24,000 bases of DNA from Sulfurifustaceae bacterium. GTDB lineage: Bacteria; Pseudomonadota; Gammaproteobacteria; Acidiferrobacterales; Sulfurifustaceae. Position 1 is the stretch's first letter. The number at the start of each line of letters is the position of its first letter. The translations under genes and the position numbers were made by a program. Where the stretch lies: the NCBI GenBank assembly GCA_041485885.1, contig JBGPKL010000005.1:19343-43342 (forward strand), given 5' to 3'. This document shows, piece by piece, positions 8,505-16,459 of the stretch. The notes below the pieces were generated by a model. The model was not told where the DNA came from. It did no database searches and saw nothing but the letters and a program-made list of their open reading frames with translations.

Positions 8505-9160
8505 GAAAATAGTCTAACAACCATTACGTTACTCTCGTTGTCCATACGCTACCCCATGAAGAGAGCGATGCTTACATCAAAGATTTCATCGCTATTTTCT
8601 AGGGGACTGTCCTTGTTAAAGAGTTTAGGTTCATGTCGAGCCTTTACATTGATCTAAGTCAAAGTTCAGAAGCAAGTAAGTATCCCAAGCTAGTGCTGTG
8701 CTCGGAAATAGAAACATAGGACGCGGGCACTTATGTATTAAGCAAGACCGTCGCCGGCGGCGCCGCAGAGATCCGCAAGTGGCTGGACGAGCGCCTCGAT
8801 CAGAGTTTCGACGCAGCGTTTGTACAACCTGGCGGCATATCCGATGAGGACTGTGTCAGGACTATCGCGCAAACAACTATCGCGTAGAAGCCAGCATCAC
8901 TGAACGTCGCCACGACTACGACGATCCCCAGCGTCTTCCACTAGTTCCGCGACCATTTGTACGAACTTAGGCCCTTCTTCTTCACCGATGCGTCTCCCGA
9001 TTGAACACTCGTAAGTTACCGCAAGTGGAAGTCCGGCAACGAGGCCACGTAGTCCTGTTGCGACACCGCGTGCCGTTACGTAGCTACACAAAGTTGCTGA
9101 TTCTGCATCTCGTGAGATGTTCGAGGCCAGCTATCTGAACTTGGGGATATAGAGCAAAAC

Positions 9161-10219
9161 ATGGCTGACCTTCGATACATCAGACCAAATCATTTGTGTC
9201 GTCGGGCAAACCGGGTGCGTGCATTGGTTGTTGTCCCTGGGATACCGACCGCCTTGTGCTTGGGTCTCATCCATCCGTTGCTTATGTTGCCAACCGGCAT
9301 CGCGTTATTGGCGATTTGGAATCGACAACGTCGACTGCTCAAGGGGGCACAAGGTGAAGACTTGGCGCTGGGAGTTCCAACTGCGGTACCGGGGCCACTC
9401 TCCCGCCTTGGGGACGACTATATGGTCTTCAACCAACTACGTGTCCCTTGGCGAAACACGACATTGGAGCTGGACTTTGTGGTCGTAGGACCAAACGGGG
9501 TCTTCGATATTGAGTGCAAACACCTTGTCGAGGAAATCGTCGGCCGCGACGTCGACCAGCAGTGGGTTCAGCGCAAGCGCGGACGCGGCGGTGTACTGAT
9601 CACCAGGGGAGCTCGCAATCCGGTAGTTCAGGTGCGGCGTTCGGCCCGTGCACTCGCGACCTACCTCCGCTCGATAGGGATAAATGTATCGGTGCACGCC
9701 GTGGTGGTCTTCACGCACCCGGTAGCAAAGCTCTCGGTATCGTCTAATTCTGTACCGGTTCTGACACTACCGCAACTCGCAGATCATATCGCGAATCTCC
9801 ACGGTCCGTTTCAACAACAAGGAGCGGTTATGCGAGCACTGAAAGTCCTGCGAGATACCGAGCCGAGCAGCGTCGCCATTGGAACTGCGCAACGGAAAGC
9901 GGTGTCGATGGCCGGCGGTCCCAAACACATTAGCTACTTCATGCGCGATATCGTGCCGGAGCGTGTCGAGGTGTTCATGAAACACGACATCCGGGCTGCT
10001 ATGCGCAAACAACATGGATCGGCGCCAGCGACTTCACAACGGTCGACAACAGCGTCTCCTCCGGCAATACCACGGACATACAGACCTCGACGACAACTAC
10101 GCGTAATCACCTTTGCTCGCTCGGGAGAAAAACTACGGCGTAGAACCGTAAGGACTTATAGATGCGAGGAGACTATCGAAACGGAGAAATCAAACGAAAG
10201 CGAGATAGGACGCGACTAG
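9161..10219 (+). CDS. NERD (nuclease-related) domain protein with two N-terminal TM helices and a basic low-complexity tail.
   Basis: GEDLALGVP..LGDDYMVFNQLRVPWRNTTLELDFVVVGPNGVFDIECKH...NPVVQVRRSARALATYL...HAVVVFTHP fits the NERD pattern with PD-(D/E)xK-like D...ExK residues. The hydrophobic segments are ALVVVPGIPTALCLGLI and LLMLPTGIALLAIW. Confidence 0.8.
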   Translation: MADLRYIRPNHLCRRANRVRALVVVPGIPTALCLGLIHPLLMLPTGIALLAIWNRQRRLLKGAQGEDLALGVPTAVPGPLSRLGDDYMVFNQLRVPWRNTTLELDFVVVGPNGVFDIECKHLVEEIVGRDVDQQWVQRKRGRGGVLITRGARNPVVQVRRSARALATYLRSIGINVSVHAVVVFTHPVAKLSVSSNSVPVLTLPQLADHIANLHGPFQQQGAVMRALKVLRDTEPSSVAIGTAQRKAVSMAGGPKHISYFMRDIVPERVEVFMKHDIRAAMRKQHGSAPATSQRSTTASPPAIPRTYRPRRQLRVITFARSGEKLRRRTVRTYRCEETIETEKSNESEIGRD

Positions 10220-10235
10220 CTCCCTACCGACTTGG

Positions 10236-10583
10236 TCAACGTCCCTCGCCCCGCCCTCTTTCGCGCTGGCCGTCTCTGTCTATCGGCCGAAGTTTCGCCA
10301 ACAACTCGCGCCGCTGCCTGGAGGGCATCCGATCGAGCAAAAGTACGATCTCAGCGATGTCCTCCTCACGAATATAGAAGTAGCTGGTCGGGCATCCGAG
10401 GACTTTCGCCAAGCGCTCAGCGGTCCGGAAGTCGGGTGTCCGCTTGCCTTGCTCGTACTGATTGATCCGTGGGCTGCTCGAAAGTACGTCGATGCCCGCA
10501 GCGATGCCGAGCCCACGCTGGGAAAGCCCGGCCCTGACGCGGGCCTGTTTGAGGCGTCTTGCTATCGGAGGGTCGCGATCCAT
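10236..10583 (-). CDS. XRE-family helix-turn-helix transcriptional regulator.
   Basis: RRLKQARVRAGLSQRGLGIAAGID...SPRINQYEQGKRTPDFRTAERLAKVLGCPTSYFY is a classic HTH_XRE fold. I prefer the ATG at 10583 (115 aa). The ORF track begins at TTG 10607. Confidence 0.8.
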   Translation of the reverse strand: MDRDPPIARRLKQARVRAGLSQRGLGIAAGIDVLSSSPRINQYEQGKRTPDFRTAERLAKVLGCPTSYFYIREEDIAEIVLLLDRMPSRQRRELLAKLRPIDRDGQRERGRGEGR

Positions 10584-10647
10584 GAGCAGTTTCTTATTTC
10601 TGCTCAAAATGGTCAGGCTTTTCGCATTGACCCTGGTACTAACATTT

Positions 10648-10671
10648 CGTTAGACTTTAATTCCGTTAGAC
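10648..10671. promoter_or_regulatory. Candidate operator: direct repeat CGTTAGAC x2 in the XRE-divergent intergenic region.
   Basis: CGTTAGAC occurs at 10648-10655 and 10664-10671, 16 bp apart. It lies between the XRE start and ORF 10688, with a TTGACC hexamer at 10626-10631. Confidence 0.3.
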
Positions 10672-10687
10672 CAAGGTCATCGGACTC

Positions 10688-11065
10688 ATGACTACCGAGG
10701 ATGAAGAAGACCCTGGCGGGTACGACGAACGTGGTGAAACCTATCACCACGACTCGGTGAGTGACCGAATTCAATTCATCAAGGAGAGTCCCGGCTACCG
10801 AACCCGCCGCACCGTGTTTAGGTCGGTCGGCGTCGACATCGACAAGGTAGAGACGGAAAGAAAGCTCTACGCACTCGATCGCCTGCACCGGGATCTTTTC
10901 TTCGAGGTGGTTACGGCGCGGATCATGTCTCGGCCGTCTACCAATCTCGAAAACGAGATCCTGAAAGCCACCGTTCTCAGCGAATACGAAAAGGCCAACG
11001 CCATTGCCAGGCGTCTCCGTCGCCGCAGGACCCTTGGACTTCGACCCGTTCCACATCGTGATTGA
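10688..11065 (+). CDS. Hypothetical protein of 125 aa, with an acidic N-terminus and a basic C-terminus.
   Basis: It is divergent from the XRE gene and lies 43 nt upstream of the next plus-strand gene. An antisense ORF at 10613..11056 is also open. I prefer the plus strand because the extra 3' part of the antisense ORF uses TTA, CTA and TCA codons and covers the repeat-bearing AT-richer intergenic sequence. No family recognised. Confidence 0.4.
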   Translation: MTTEDEEDPGGYDERGETYHHDSVSDRIQFIKESPGYRTRRTVFRSVGVDIDKVETERKLYALDRLHRDLFFEVVTARIMSRPSTNLENEILKATVLSEYEKANAIARRLRRRRTLGLRPVPHRD

Positions 11066-11108
11066 AATTCACACAAGTCTCTTAAATCAACAAAGACAAG
11101 GAGGAGTC

Positions 11109-11669
11109 ATGCGTTATGTCGGATCAGTGCTGGTTCTCCTGTGGGGTATTGCATCTACCGCACAAGCCGCCGCGCCCCTCTCGTTATTTGGTGTAAATCT
11201 AAAGGACGCTGAGCGCACAACGTTGCGTCAGGCGATCAAACAAGCCGGTGTCAAAGTCGAACGCGAAGACGATCGTTTCTGGCACGACGTGTATGACCCG
11301 AAAGCCGTGCTCGATGGCTCAAGCAAGCTAACCGTTGGCTACGAGGACAAAACAGGGCGTTTTGCGGTTGCCGCTTACACCTTCCCCGCCTTCGTGGACC
11401 CCGGGAAGGTTTCGGAAGTTGTTGACATGGTAAGCCGTAAGTACGGGAAGCCCTCTGAAATTGTCGGTTCCTACCAAATAGGCGCCGTCACGGCGACGTG
11501 GCAATTAGAGAAAGGCATGGGGATTGAGGTAAGCCGCGGGTGGCCGAATACGACTGTGACCTTAAAGTATTTTGACCGCGCGCGGTTTGTTCAGCTGCAG
11601 AAGGAAATACGGGCCCAAGAGGAGCAGGATCGCAACTCAAAGGCCAAGGAGCAGAGCAAGGCGTACTAA
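11109..11669 (+). CDS. Hypothetical secreted protein of 186 aa with a signal peptide.
   Basis: ATG at 11109 has the strong SD AAGGAGG 5 nt upstream. MRYVGSVLVLLWGIASTAQA/AAP fits a Sec signal. The C-terminal tail is Lys/Glu/Gln-rich. No family recognised. Confidence 0.7.
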   Translation: MRYVGSVLVLLWGIASTAQAAAPLSLFGVNLKDAERTTLRQAIKQAGVKVEREDDRFWHDVYDPKAVLDGSSKLTVGYEDKTGRFAVAAYTFPAFVDPGKVSEVVDMVSRKYGKPSEIVGSYQIGAVTATWQLEKGMGIEVSRGWPNTTVTLKYFDRARFVQLQKEIRAQEEQDRNSKAKEQSKAY

Positions 11670-11703
11670 CAAGGATCAATACGATGAACTACCGACACAC
11701 TTA

Positions 11704-11734
11704 CTCGCCGTGAGTTAGGGGGGCTCACGGCGAG
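11704..11734. terminator. Strong hairpin between convergent genes. It may act as a bidirectional terminator, but there is no clear U-tract.
   Basis: A perfect 11-bp stem ctcgccgtgag / ctcacggcgag with the 9-nt loop ttagggggg. It lies between the stop at 11669 (plus strand) and the stop at 11782 (minus strand). Confidence 0.4.
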
Positions 11735-11781
11735 CACATCTACGATGGACCAAATGTCAGCAACAGTTGACCTGTTGCGCC

Positions 11782-13053
11782 TCACTTGTCGCTCTCGGCC
11801 GGATTGCTGGACCCAGCGTTCCTCGGTGTAAGAAACGTGCCCAGATAGGCGGAGCTCACCTTACGCCTACCGTGGCCATAGAGCTTCGCAATCTGTTGAC
11901 GCGCCTGCTTGTCCCCCTCACGTTCTGCTGGCAGCGGCGGATGTCCTCCTCGCACCGGACTTTTTCTCCCTGTTAGCTTCTCGTAGAGGTCATTCCCAAA
12001 GCCGTGACGCAAACCATGCGGCACCAAACCCGTCTTGCGAGAAATTCCGTGGCGCCGACAAATACGGTAGAAACGCGCGCGCCATGCGGCAAGAGAATAC
12101 TTCGCGGGGATCATTGAGCCGATGGGGGCGTTTGCGAGCGACTTCGCAAAGTCTAGTGCCTTGCGCTGATCGCTGGTGTTGATCGGTTCATCGCGCTCCA
12201 AACCTCCTTTGGTCCCGTGGGCCACCTGGAGAGCATCCCCACCATCATTGTCATCCGGGCGCAGTTGCCAGGCCTCCTGAGCACGCAGGCCGAATACTGC
12301 CTGAAGCAGGAGACAGGTTCCTGCGTGACTATCATCTGCTAGTACCTCGGCGATACGCTCGGACGGATCAACATCCTTGGCGGTCCAGCTCTTATCTGTC
12401 GTGGCTACCCGTATTCTGGCGGCACGCGTTGGATCGACCAGGTAATAGCTGATATCACGTACCAGTCCGCGCTTTTCGATCCAGCGCTCTAGCGTCCGCA
12501 GGAACGAGTGATACTTCTGCAAAGTCGGCGCCGAATGGCCGCGGGTTTCCCACGACCGAACCAGATAGCGGATATGTTTCCCCCGCAGGTGGTGGACATC
12601 GCGAACTTTGTATCCGCCGTCGTAAAGGTCGGCGATACAGCGACTGAAGAATTGACGTCGCTCGCGCTGAGTAGCTGCGCTAATTATCCTCGCGCCCTCG
12701 ATGTCGCGATCGTTGCGGGCTTTGAGAAGCACGTGTAGCGAGCGTCGACAGGAGTTTCGTGCTCCCCCGCGTTCGCGCCCTTTTCGTACAGGTCTTTCCT
12801 TAGCGTGTTGTGCTGACGGAATGTTCTCCGCGGACACCGACTGCTGGCCATGCTCGACTGAATTTCTATTTCTCATACGTTCCTCTACATGCGGGAGATC
12901 CCGCCAAAGCAAATTGTTTATCGGCTGCATCGAGTGCAATGCAGGAAGAAATGGGCTCGTTTGCGCAAGTGAGCGCAGGCGTTCGTTTAGTGCTGGTTCG
13001 GCTTCCGACCGTCCGTATTGCGGGTACGATTGAATGTGGCTTGCACTAGCCAC
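11782..13053 (-). CDS. Tyrosine-type recombinase/integrase of the plasmid/ICE-type 'integrase N-terminal + Integrase_1' family.
   Basis: The core-binding part is RRQFFSRCIADLYDGGYKVRDVHHLRGKHIRYLVRSWETRGHSAPTLQKYHSFLRTLERWI. Catalytic-type residues are GLRAQEA (R), HGLRHGF (HxxR) and LYGHGRRKVSSAYLG (H...Y). The true start may be internal, for example M60 at ~12876. Confidence 0.8.
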   Translation of the reverse strand: MASASHIQSYPQYGRSEAEPALNERLRSLAQTSPFLPALHSMQPINNLLWRDLPHVEERMRNRNSVEHGQQSVSAENIPSAQHAKERPVRKGRERGGARNSCRRSLHVLLKARNDRDIEGARIISAATQRERRQFFSRCIADLYDGGYKVRDVHHLRGKHIRYLVRSWETRGHSAPTLQKYHSFLRTLERWIEKRGLVRDISYYLVDPTRAARIRVATTDKSWTAKDVDPSERIAEVLADDSHAGTCLLLQAVFGLRAQEAWQLRPDDNDGGDALQVAHGTKGGLERDEPINTSDQRKALDFAKSLANAPIGSMIPAKYSLAAWRARFYRICRRHGISRKTGLVPHGLRHGFGNDLYEKLTGRKSPVRGGHPPLPAEREGDKQARQQIAKLYGHGRRKVSSAYLGTFLTPRNAGSSNPAESDK

Positions 13054-13365
13054 TTGCCGTTAGAGGTTTCAAAAAGGATTGCCTGAACGAGGAACACGCT
13101 GAGCCCAACCGACCTGCCACCGGTGGTATGCGTGTTTGCGTCCTCTTCACCAGGCAACCGCGGCAGAGCGCAGTGGCGTCGGTGAACGGCCTTCGGCCTC
13201 GGTAAACGCAGCCTCGATCAGGATTTGCGGGATAGGCCCGCTGTTATGTGCGACACAAGGTCGTTTTGGATGTAGGAGACACGTTCGACGCACGGCTCGA
13301 GACCGTGCTGTTAGAGCGCATCGCGATGTAAAAGGCGGCGAGGAAAGTACCGCCTCTGTAGGAGC

Positions 13366-13403
13366 TGCGACTGCCAAAGTCGCATTTGTATGCTGATTGT
13401 TTT
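13366..13403 (+). terminator. Orphan terminator-like hairpin in the ORF-free stretch.
   Basis: tgcgact-gccaa-agtcgca (13366-13384) is followed by TTTGTATGCTGATTGTTTT. There is no credible upstream plus-strand gene. Confidence 0.3.
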
Positions 13404-14232
13404 GGGCGCCCAGCTAGCGCTTCCGGTCTTGCAACCCACCGGCAGGGTTTTGAAACCTTCGGTCCAGCGACCACCGTACTGGTCCGTTGACGCTTAAATT
13501 ACGCCTTCGATAGCAAGAGGTCAAACATTTTTCGTCCTGCAACTTTTTGTTTCTCTGCTGAAGATGTTTGGTCTGCGCTGCGGCCACCTGCAATTCAATG
13601 TGTTGCGTATCGCTGCGCGGGCGTCTCTCTTGCAACGACGAGTCGAGTCATGCATTTGCGGTGTGACGTAGCCTCGGACTTTCGCGCCGAACCTCACCGC
13701 GCTAAGGATGCTTTACTTCTTTGTTACTTATTCGCTGCTTACCTAGTATGACGGCGGGAAGATTGCCGATGCTGATCAACGTAACCACATGCTCACCTTC
13801 AAACAGGGAATGCAGAACTACTTTGCGACAACATGACGACGTGCTCGAGAGCGACAAATGGCGCGGTCGACATCGGCGCGACATCGACGATCGAAAGTGC
13901 CTCATGTCGTTGAACCCGACGAACCACTATTGCATTTTAAATTTGCTTGTGATGATATGAATGCGTTCCTTAAATCGTATCTTGAAGGAACTTACATCGC
14001 CGGCCACTCAGTGGCCGATTACGAAATAGCGCAGCGAGGATCCTCACCTGCTGCGTTCTGCTAGAAATAGATAGCGCGGCAACTAGCAACTGCGGCCGCT
14101 TATCTCGAAAACAGTCCCCTTAGAGATTTCCACAGTGATTCGCCGCGTCGTTCGCGCGCTGCGTCTCGCTTTGGCGTTTTCGCATTCTTTTTTTCCTGAC
14201 TACCTGTTCAACCGAGTTTCTTGGAGGAATAA

Positions 14233-14617
14233 ATGACTACCGTGATTCGTGCAATCGACGTTGGCTTCGGCAACACCAAATTTTCATGGTCTCTTTCGCT
14301 GGGAGGCGAAGTGCAGTGCAAAGTTTTCCCATCCATCGCGCCGCTGGCCGCCGCCTTCGATATATCTGGCGGCGTTATCGGGAGGCGGGATACCACCGTT
14401 GTTCTAGTCGACGGGAATGCGTATGAAATCAGGCCCGATGTCGCTAAGGCATTGGGCACGCGTCGGCGGTGGCGCGCAATTTTTCAGCGACGCGATAAGA
14501 CGGCGCTCCCCTTCCCATGCCGTAACGATCTCTCCAGATGCGGTGTTCTCGAACGTCCGTGGATTTCAATTGGCTGGCGAGGAGCTGATGCGTCGGCGCC
14601 AGGCTGATGCCGCATGA
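14233..14617 (+). pseudogene. ParM/StbA-like actin-type segregation ATPase remnant, with a large internal deletion and a frameshift.
   Basis: The N-terminus IRAIDVGFGNTKF...CKVFPSIA...RRDTTVVLVDGNAYEIRPDV carries the actin-fold phosphate-1 motif. From ~14450 a different frame reads VGGGAQFFSDAIRRRSPSHAVTISPDAVFSNVRGFQLAG, which resembles a ParM-family C-terminus. About 200 residues of a typical ~320-aa protein are missing. GGAGGA lies before the ATG. Confidence 0.65.
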
Positions 14618-14877
14618 ACGCTCTTCGAATAAACCTGTTCATACGCCCGGACGTCTCGCCGAAGTTACATGACGCACTGTCCAAGCTTCCGCCGCGGCCA
14701 CGAGCCGAACTCTTGCGCAAGATTGCTGAGATCGATTTGCAGGTTACAGTGTTCCCACCGGACCACATCGCTGCTAGCAATCACAGTGCGATCGCGGCAG
14801 GACAGATCTCAACGCCGGCAGCTGAAGGTAGTCTGGGGAGCGATCTTATGAGCGTCGTCGAAAAGGACTTCCTGTAG
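14614..14877 (+). CDS. Hypothetical protein of 87 aa in the ParR/StbB position, possibly a partition adaptor.
   Basis: Its ATG overlaps the stop of the shifted ParM C-terminal frame (ATGA at 14614-14617). The N-terminus is MNALRINLFIRPDVSPKLHDALSKLPPRPRAELLRKIAE. No confident family assignment. Confidence 0.5.
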   Translation: MNALRINLFIRPDVSPKLHDALSKLPPRPRAELLRKIAEIDLQVTVFPPDHIAASNHSAIAAGQISTPAAEGSLGSDLMSVVEKDFL

Positions 14878-14889
14878 AAGGCGAAAGGC

Positions 14890-15138
14890 ATGAACGGTCA
14901 TGATACTGCACTCACCTCCCTCGTGCTGAGTCACGAGGAGATCTGTGTGGTTACGGGCCGCAAACGTCATACGGCACAGGCGCGCGCGCTTGCCGAGATG
15001 GGGATTTCATTTCGCGTGAGGCCAGATGGGTTCCCTCTGGTCTCACGCGCGCACTTCCACCAGGCGCTTGGTACGGAGATGTCGACGAGGAAACAGCGCG
15101 CAATAGAACCGAATTGGAGCGCCATCGATGCCGCGTAA
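14890..15138 (+). CDS. DUF4224-like small protein in the excisionase/accessory position upstream of the integrase.
   Basis: LSHEEICVVTGRKRHTAQARALAEMGISFRVRPDGFPLVSRAHF resembles the DUF4224 pattern often found just 5' of phage integrases. It overlaps the integrase ATG by 11 nt. Confidence 0.6.
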   Translation: MNGHDTALTSLVLSHEEICVVTGRKRHTAQARALAEMGISFRVRPDGFPLVSRAHFHQALGTEMSTRKQRAIEPNWSAIDAA

Positions 15139-16188
15139 ACGCACGCGCAAGGAAAACAAACCGCTCCCCGCACGTTGGCGCTTCCGACACGGCGCTTACT
15201 ACTATGACGTGCCGTCCCACCTGCGCGAGCAATGGAACGGCAAGCGCGAATTTCGACTCGGCACCACGTTACCAGAAGCATATGCCGAGTGGGCCAAGCG
15301 ACTGAAGACCCGTGCAGACGTTCGAACGATCGGGCAGTTACTGGATCGCTACGCGTTAGAGGTTGTACCAACCAAAGCACCCAAGACGCAGGAAGAAAAT
15401 ACGCGCGCTATCGCGAATCTCAGAGCGGTCTTCGGCGAAATGCTCATAGAGATATTAAGCCGATTCACGCGTATCAATACCGCGACCGACGCGGCAAGAC
15501 GGCGCGAACCGCAGCCAATCGTGAGCTGGAAGTCTTGTCGCACTCATTTACGAAAGCCATCGAATGGGGTTACCGGGAAGATCATCCCATGATCGAAGGC
15601 AAGTTCCGCAAGCTACCGACTCCACCACGAACCCGGTATGTCGAAGACTGGGAGATCGCTGAAGCGCTTTCGCTCGAGCCGCGGCGCCGGAAAGGCAGCC
15701 TCCATGCCGTTCGCGCCTACATCAAGATCAAGTTGCTGACCGGCCTTCGCCGCGGCGATCTCCTGCGCCTTCGTACCTCCGATTTAAGGGACGACGGTAT
15801 TCACGTCGAGCCGCACAAGACGGCGAAGACGACCGGAAAACGCATCGTCATCGAATGGACTCCAACATTGCGCCAAGCAATCGACGAAGCGAAGGCCGCC
15901 CGACCCGTGGACATCGGACCATACCTGTTCTGTACGAAACGGGGTGATCCGTACGTGAGCGAAGATGGCAGAGCCAACGGCTGGGATTCGATGTGGGGTC
16001 GTTTCATGGATCGAGTACTGACGGAAACGAAGATAAAGGATCGATTCACGGAACATGATCTGCGTGCCAAGTGCGCCTCAGACGCAGAGACTCTTGAACA
16101 TGCACAACAGCTACTCGCGCATGCCGACAGTGCGACGACTCGCAGGGTCTATCGGCGGCGCCCAGAAAGAGTGAAGCCCCTCAAGTGA
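15128..16188 (+). pseudogene. Phage-type tyrosine integrase disrupted by a 1-nt deletion-type frameshift near 15449-15452.
   Basis: The N-terminal ORF 15128..15592 reads ...NLRAVFGEMLIE and then turns to nonsense. The ORF in the other frame continues DIKPIHAYQYRDRRGKTARTAANRELEVLSHSF...LLTGLRRGDLLRL (R)...HDLRAK (HxxR)...LLAHADSATTRRVY (H..Y). Restoring one G in GAG(G)AT gives a continuous 353-aa protein. The gene ends 117 nt from the tRNA-Arg 3' end. Confidence 0.8.
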
Positions 16189-16240
16189 CCCGTAGTGGCA
16201 AGGGGTAGCGATCGGCCGAACGCCACTCAGCAGTAGCGCG

Positions 16241-16269
16241 ATATCGGACAACTCTGAAAATATCGGACA
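16241..16269. repeat. 10-bp direct repeat ATATCGGACA x2 between the integrase and tRNA-Arg.
   Basis: ATATCGGACA occurs at 16241-16250 and 16260-16269. Confidence 0.5.
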
Positions 16270-16305
16270 GTGCGCCTTTTTTGGGCACCGTAAGCGACTG
16301 AATAT

Positions 16306-16382
16306 TGGCGCGCCCGGAGAGATTCGAACTCCCGACCACCTGGTTCGTAGCCAGGTACTCTGTCCAGCTGAGCTACGGGCGC
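16306..16382 (-). tRNA. tRNA-Arg (anticodon ACG), 77 nt with encoded CCA.
   Basis: The reverse complement is GCGCCCGTAGCTCAGCTGGACAGAGTACCTGGCTACGAACCAGGTGGTCGGGAGTTCGAATCTCTCCGGGCGCGCCA. The acceptor stem is GCGCCCG/CGGGCGC, the anticodon loop CTACGAA and the T-arm GGGAG-TTCGAAT-CTCTC. Confidence 0.95.
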
Positions 16383-16459
16383 GAGGGGGCAATTATAAAT
16401 GACGACGACGAGACTGTCGTGGATGAGTGAAGACCAGATGATTGCTTATGAAGAAGAGA

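Larger units (their letters stand above)
8505..16305. mobile_element. Putative composite, decaying genomic island integrated at the 3' end of tRNA-Arg(ACG). The left boundary is uncertain.
   Basis: Two tyrosine recombinase genes, one of them frameshifted and adjacent to the tRNA 3' end. Also present are a ParM-like pseudogene, gene fragments and lower GC (8521-8740 is ~42% by hand count). It lies next to the conserved recA-recX-alaS-lysC-csrA-tRNA block. I could not find a direct repeat of the tRNA 3' end. Confidence 0.5.

Noticed and set aside
8556-8657. A 33-codon ORF (MKRAMLTSKISSLFSRGLSLLKSLGSCRAFTLI) in the AT-rich junction, reminiscent of a small amphipathic toxin peptide.
   Set aside because: There is no SD, no recognisable antisense-RNA or terminator context, and short ORFs are expected by chance in AT-rich DNA.
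10613-11056. A 147-aa minus-strand ORF fully overlapping ORF 10688..11065, which could form an operon with the XRE gene.
   Set aside because: It is the codon-register antisense of the plus ORF. Its extra 3' 25 codons use TTA, CTA and TCA repeatedly and cover the repeat-bearing intergenic DNA. No SD is present, and only 52 bp would be left for divergent promoters. It is not fully excluded: the orientation call has low confidence.
13067-13458. An 11-bp inverted repeat: AGGTTTCAAAA at ~13067 and TTTTGAAACCT at ~13448.
   Set aside because: An 11-mer match somewhere within 24 kb on either strand is expected by chance many times. The flanks do not extend the match.
14468-14476. TGGCGCGC at the parM deletion junction, resembling the tRNA-Arg 3' end (TGGCGCGCC) and so a possible att remnant.
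   Set aside because: It is only an 8-nt match in GC-rich DNA. It simply encodes the GGGA motif of the ParM C-terminal region.
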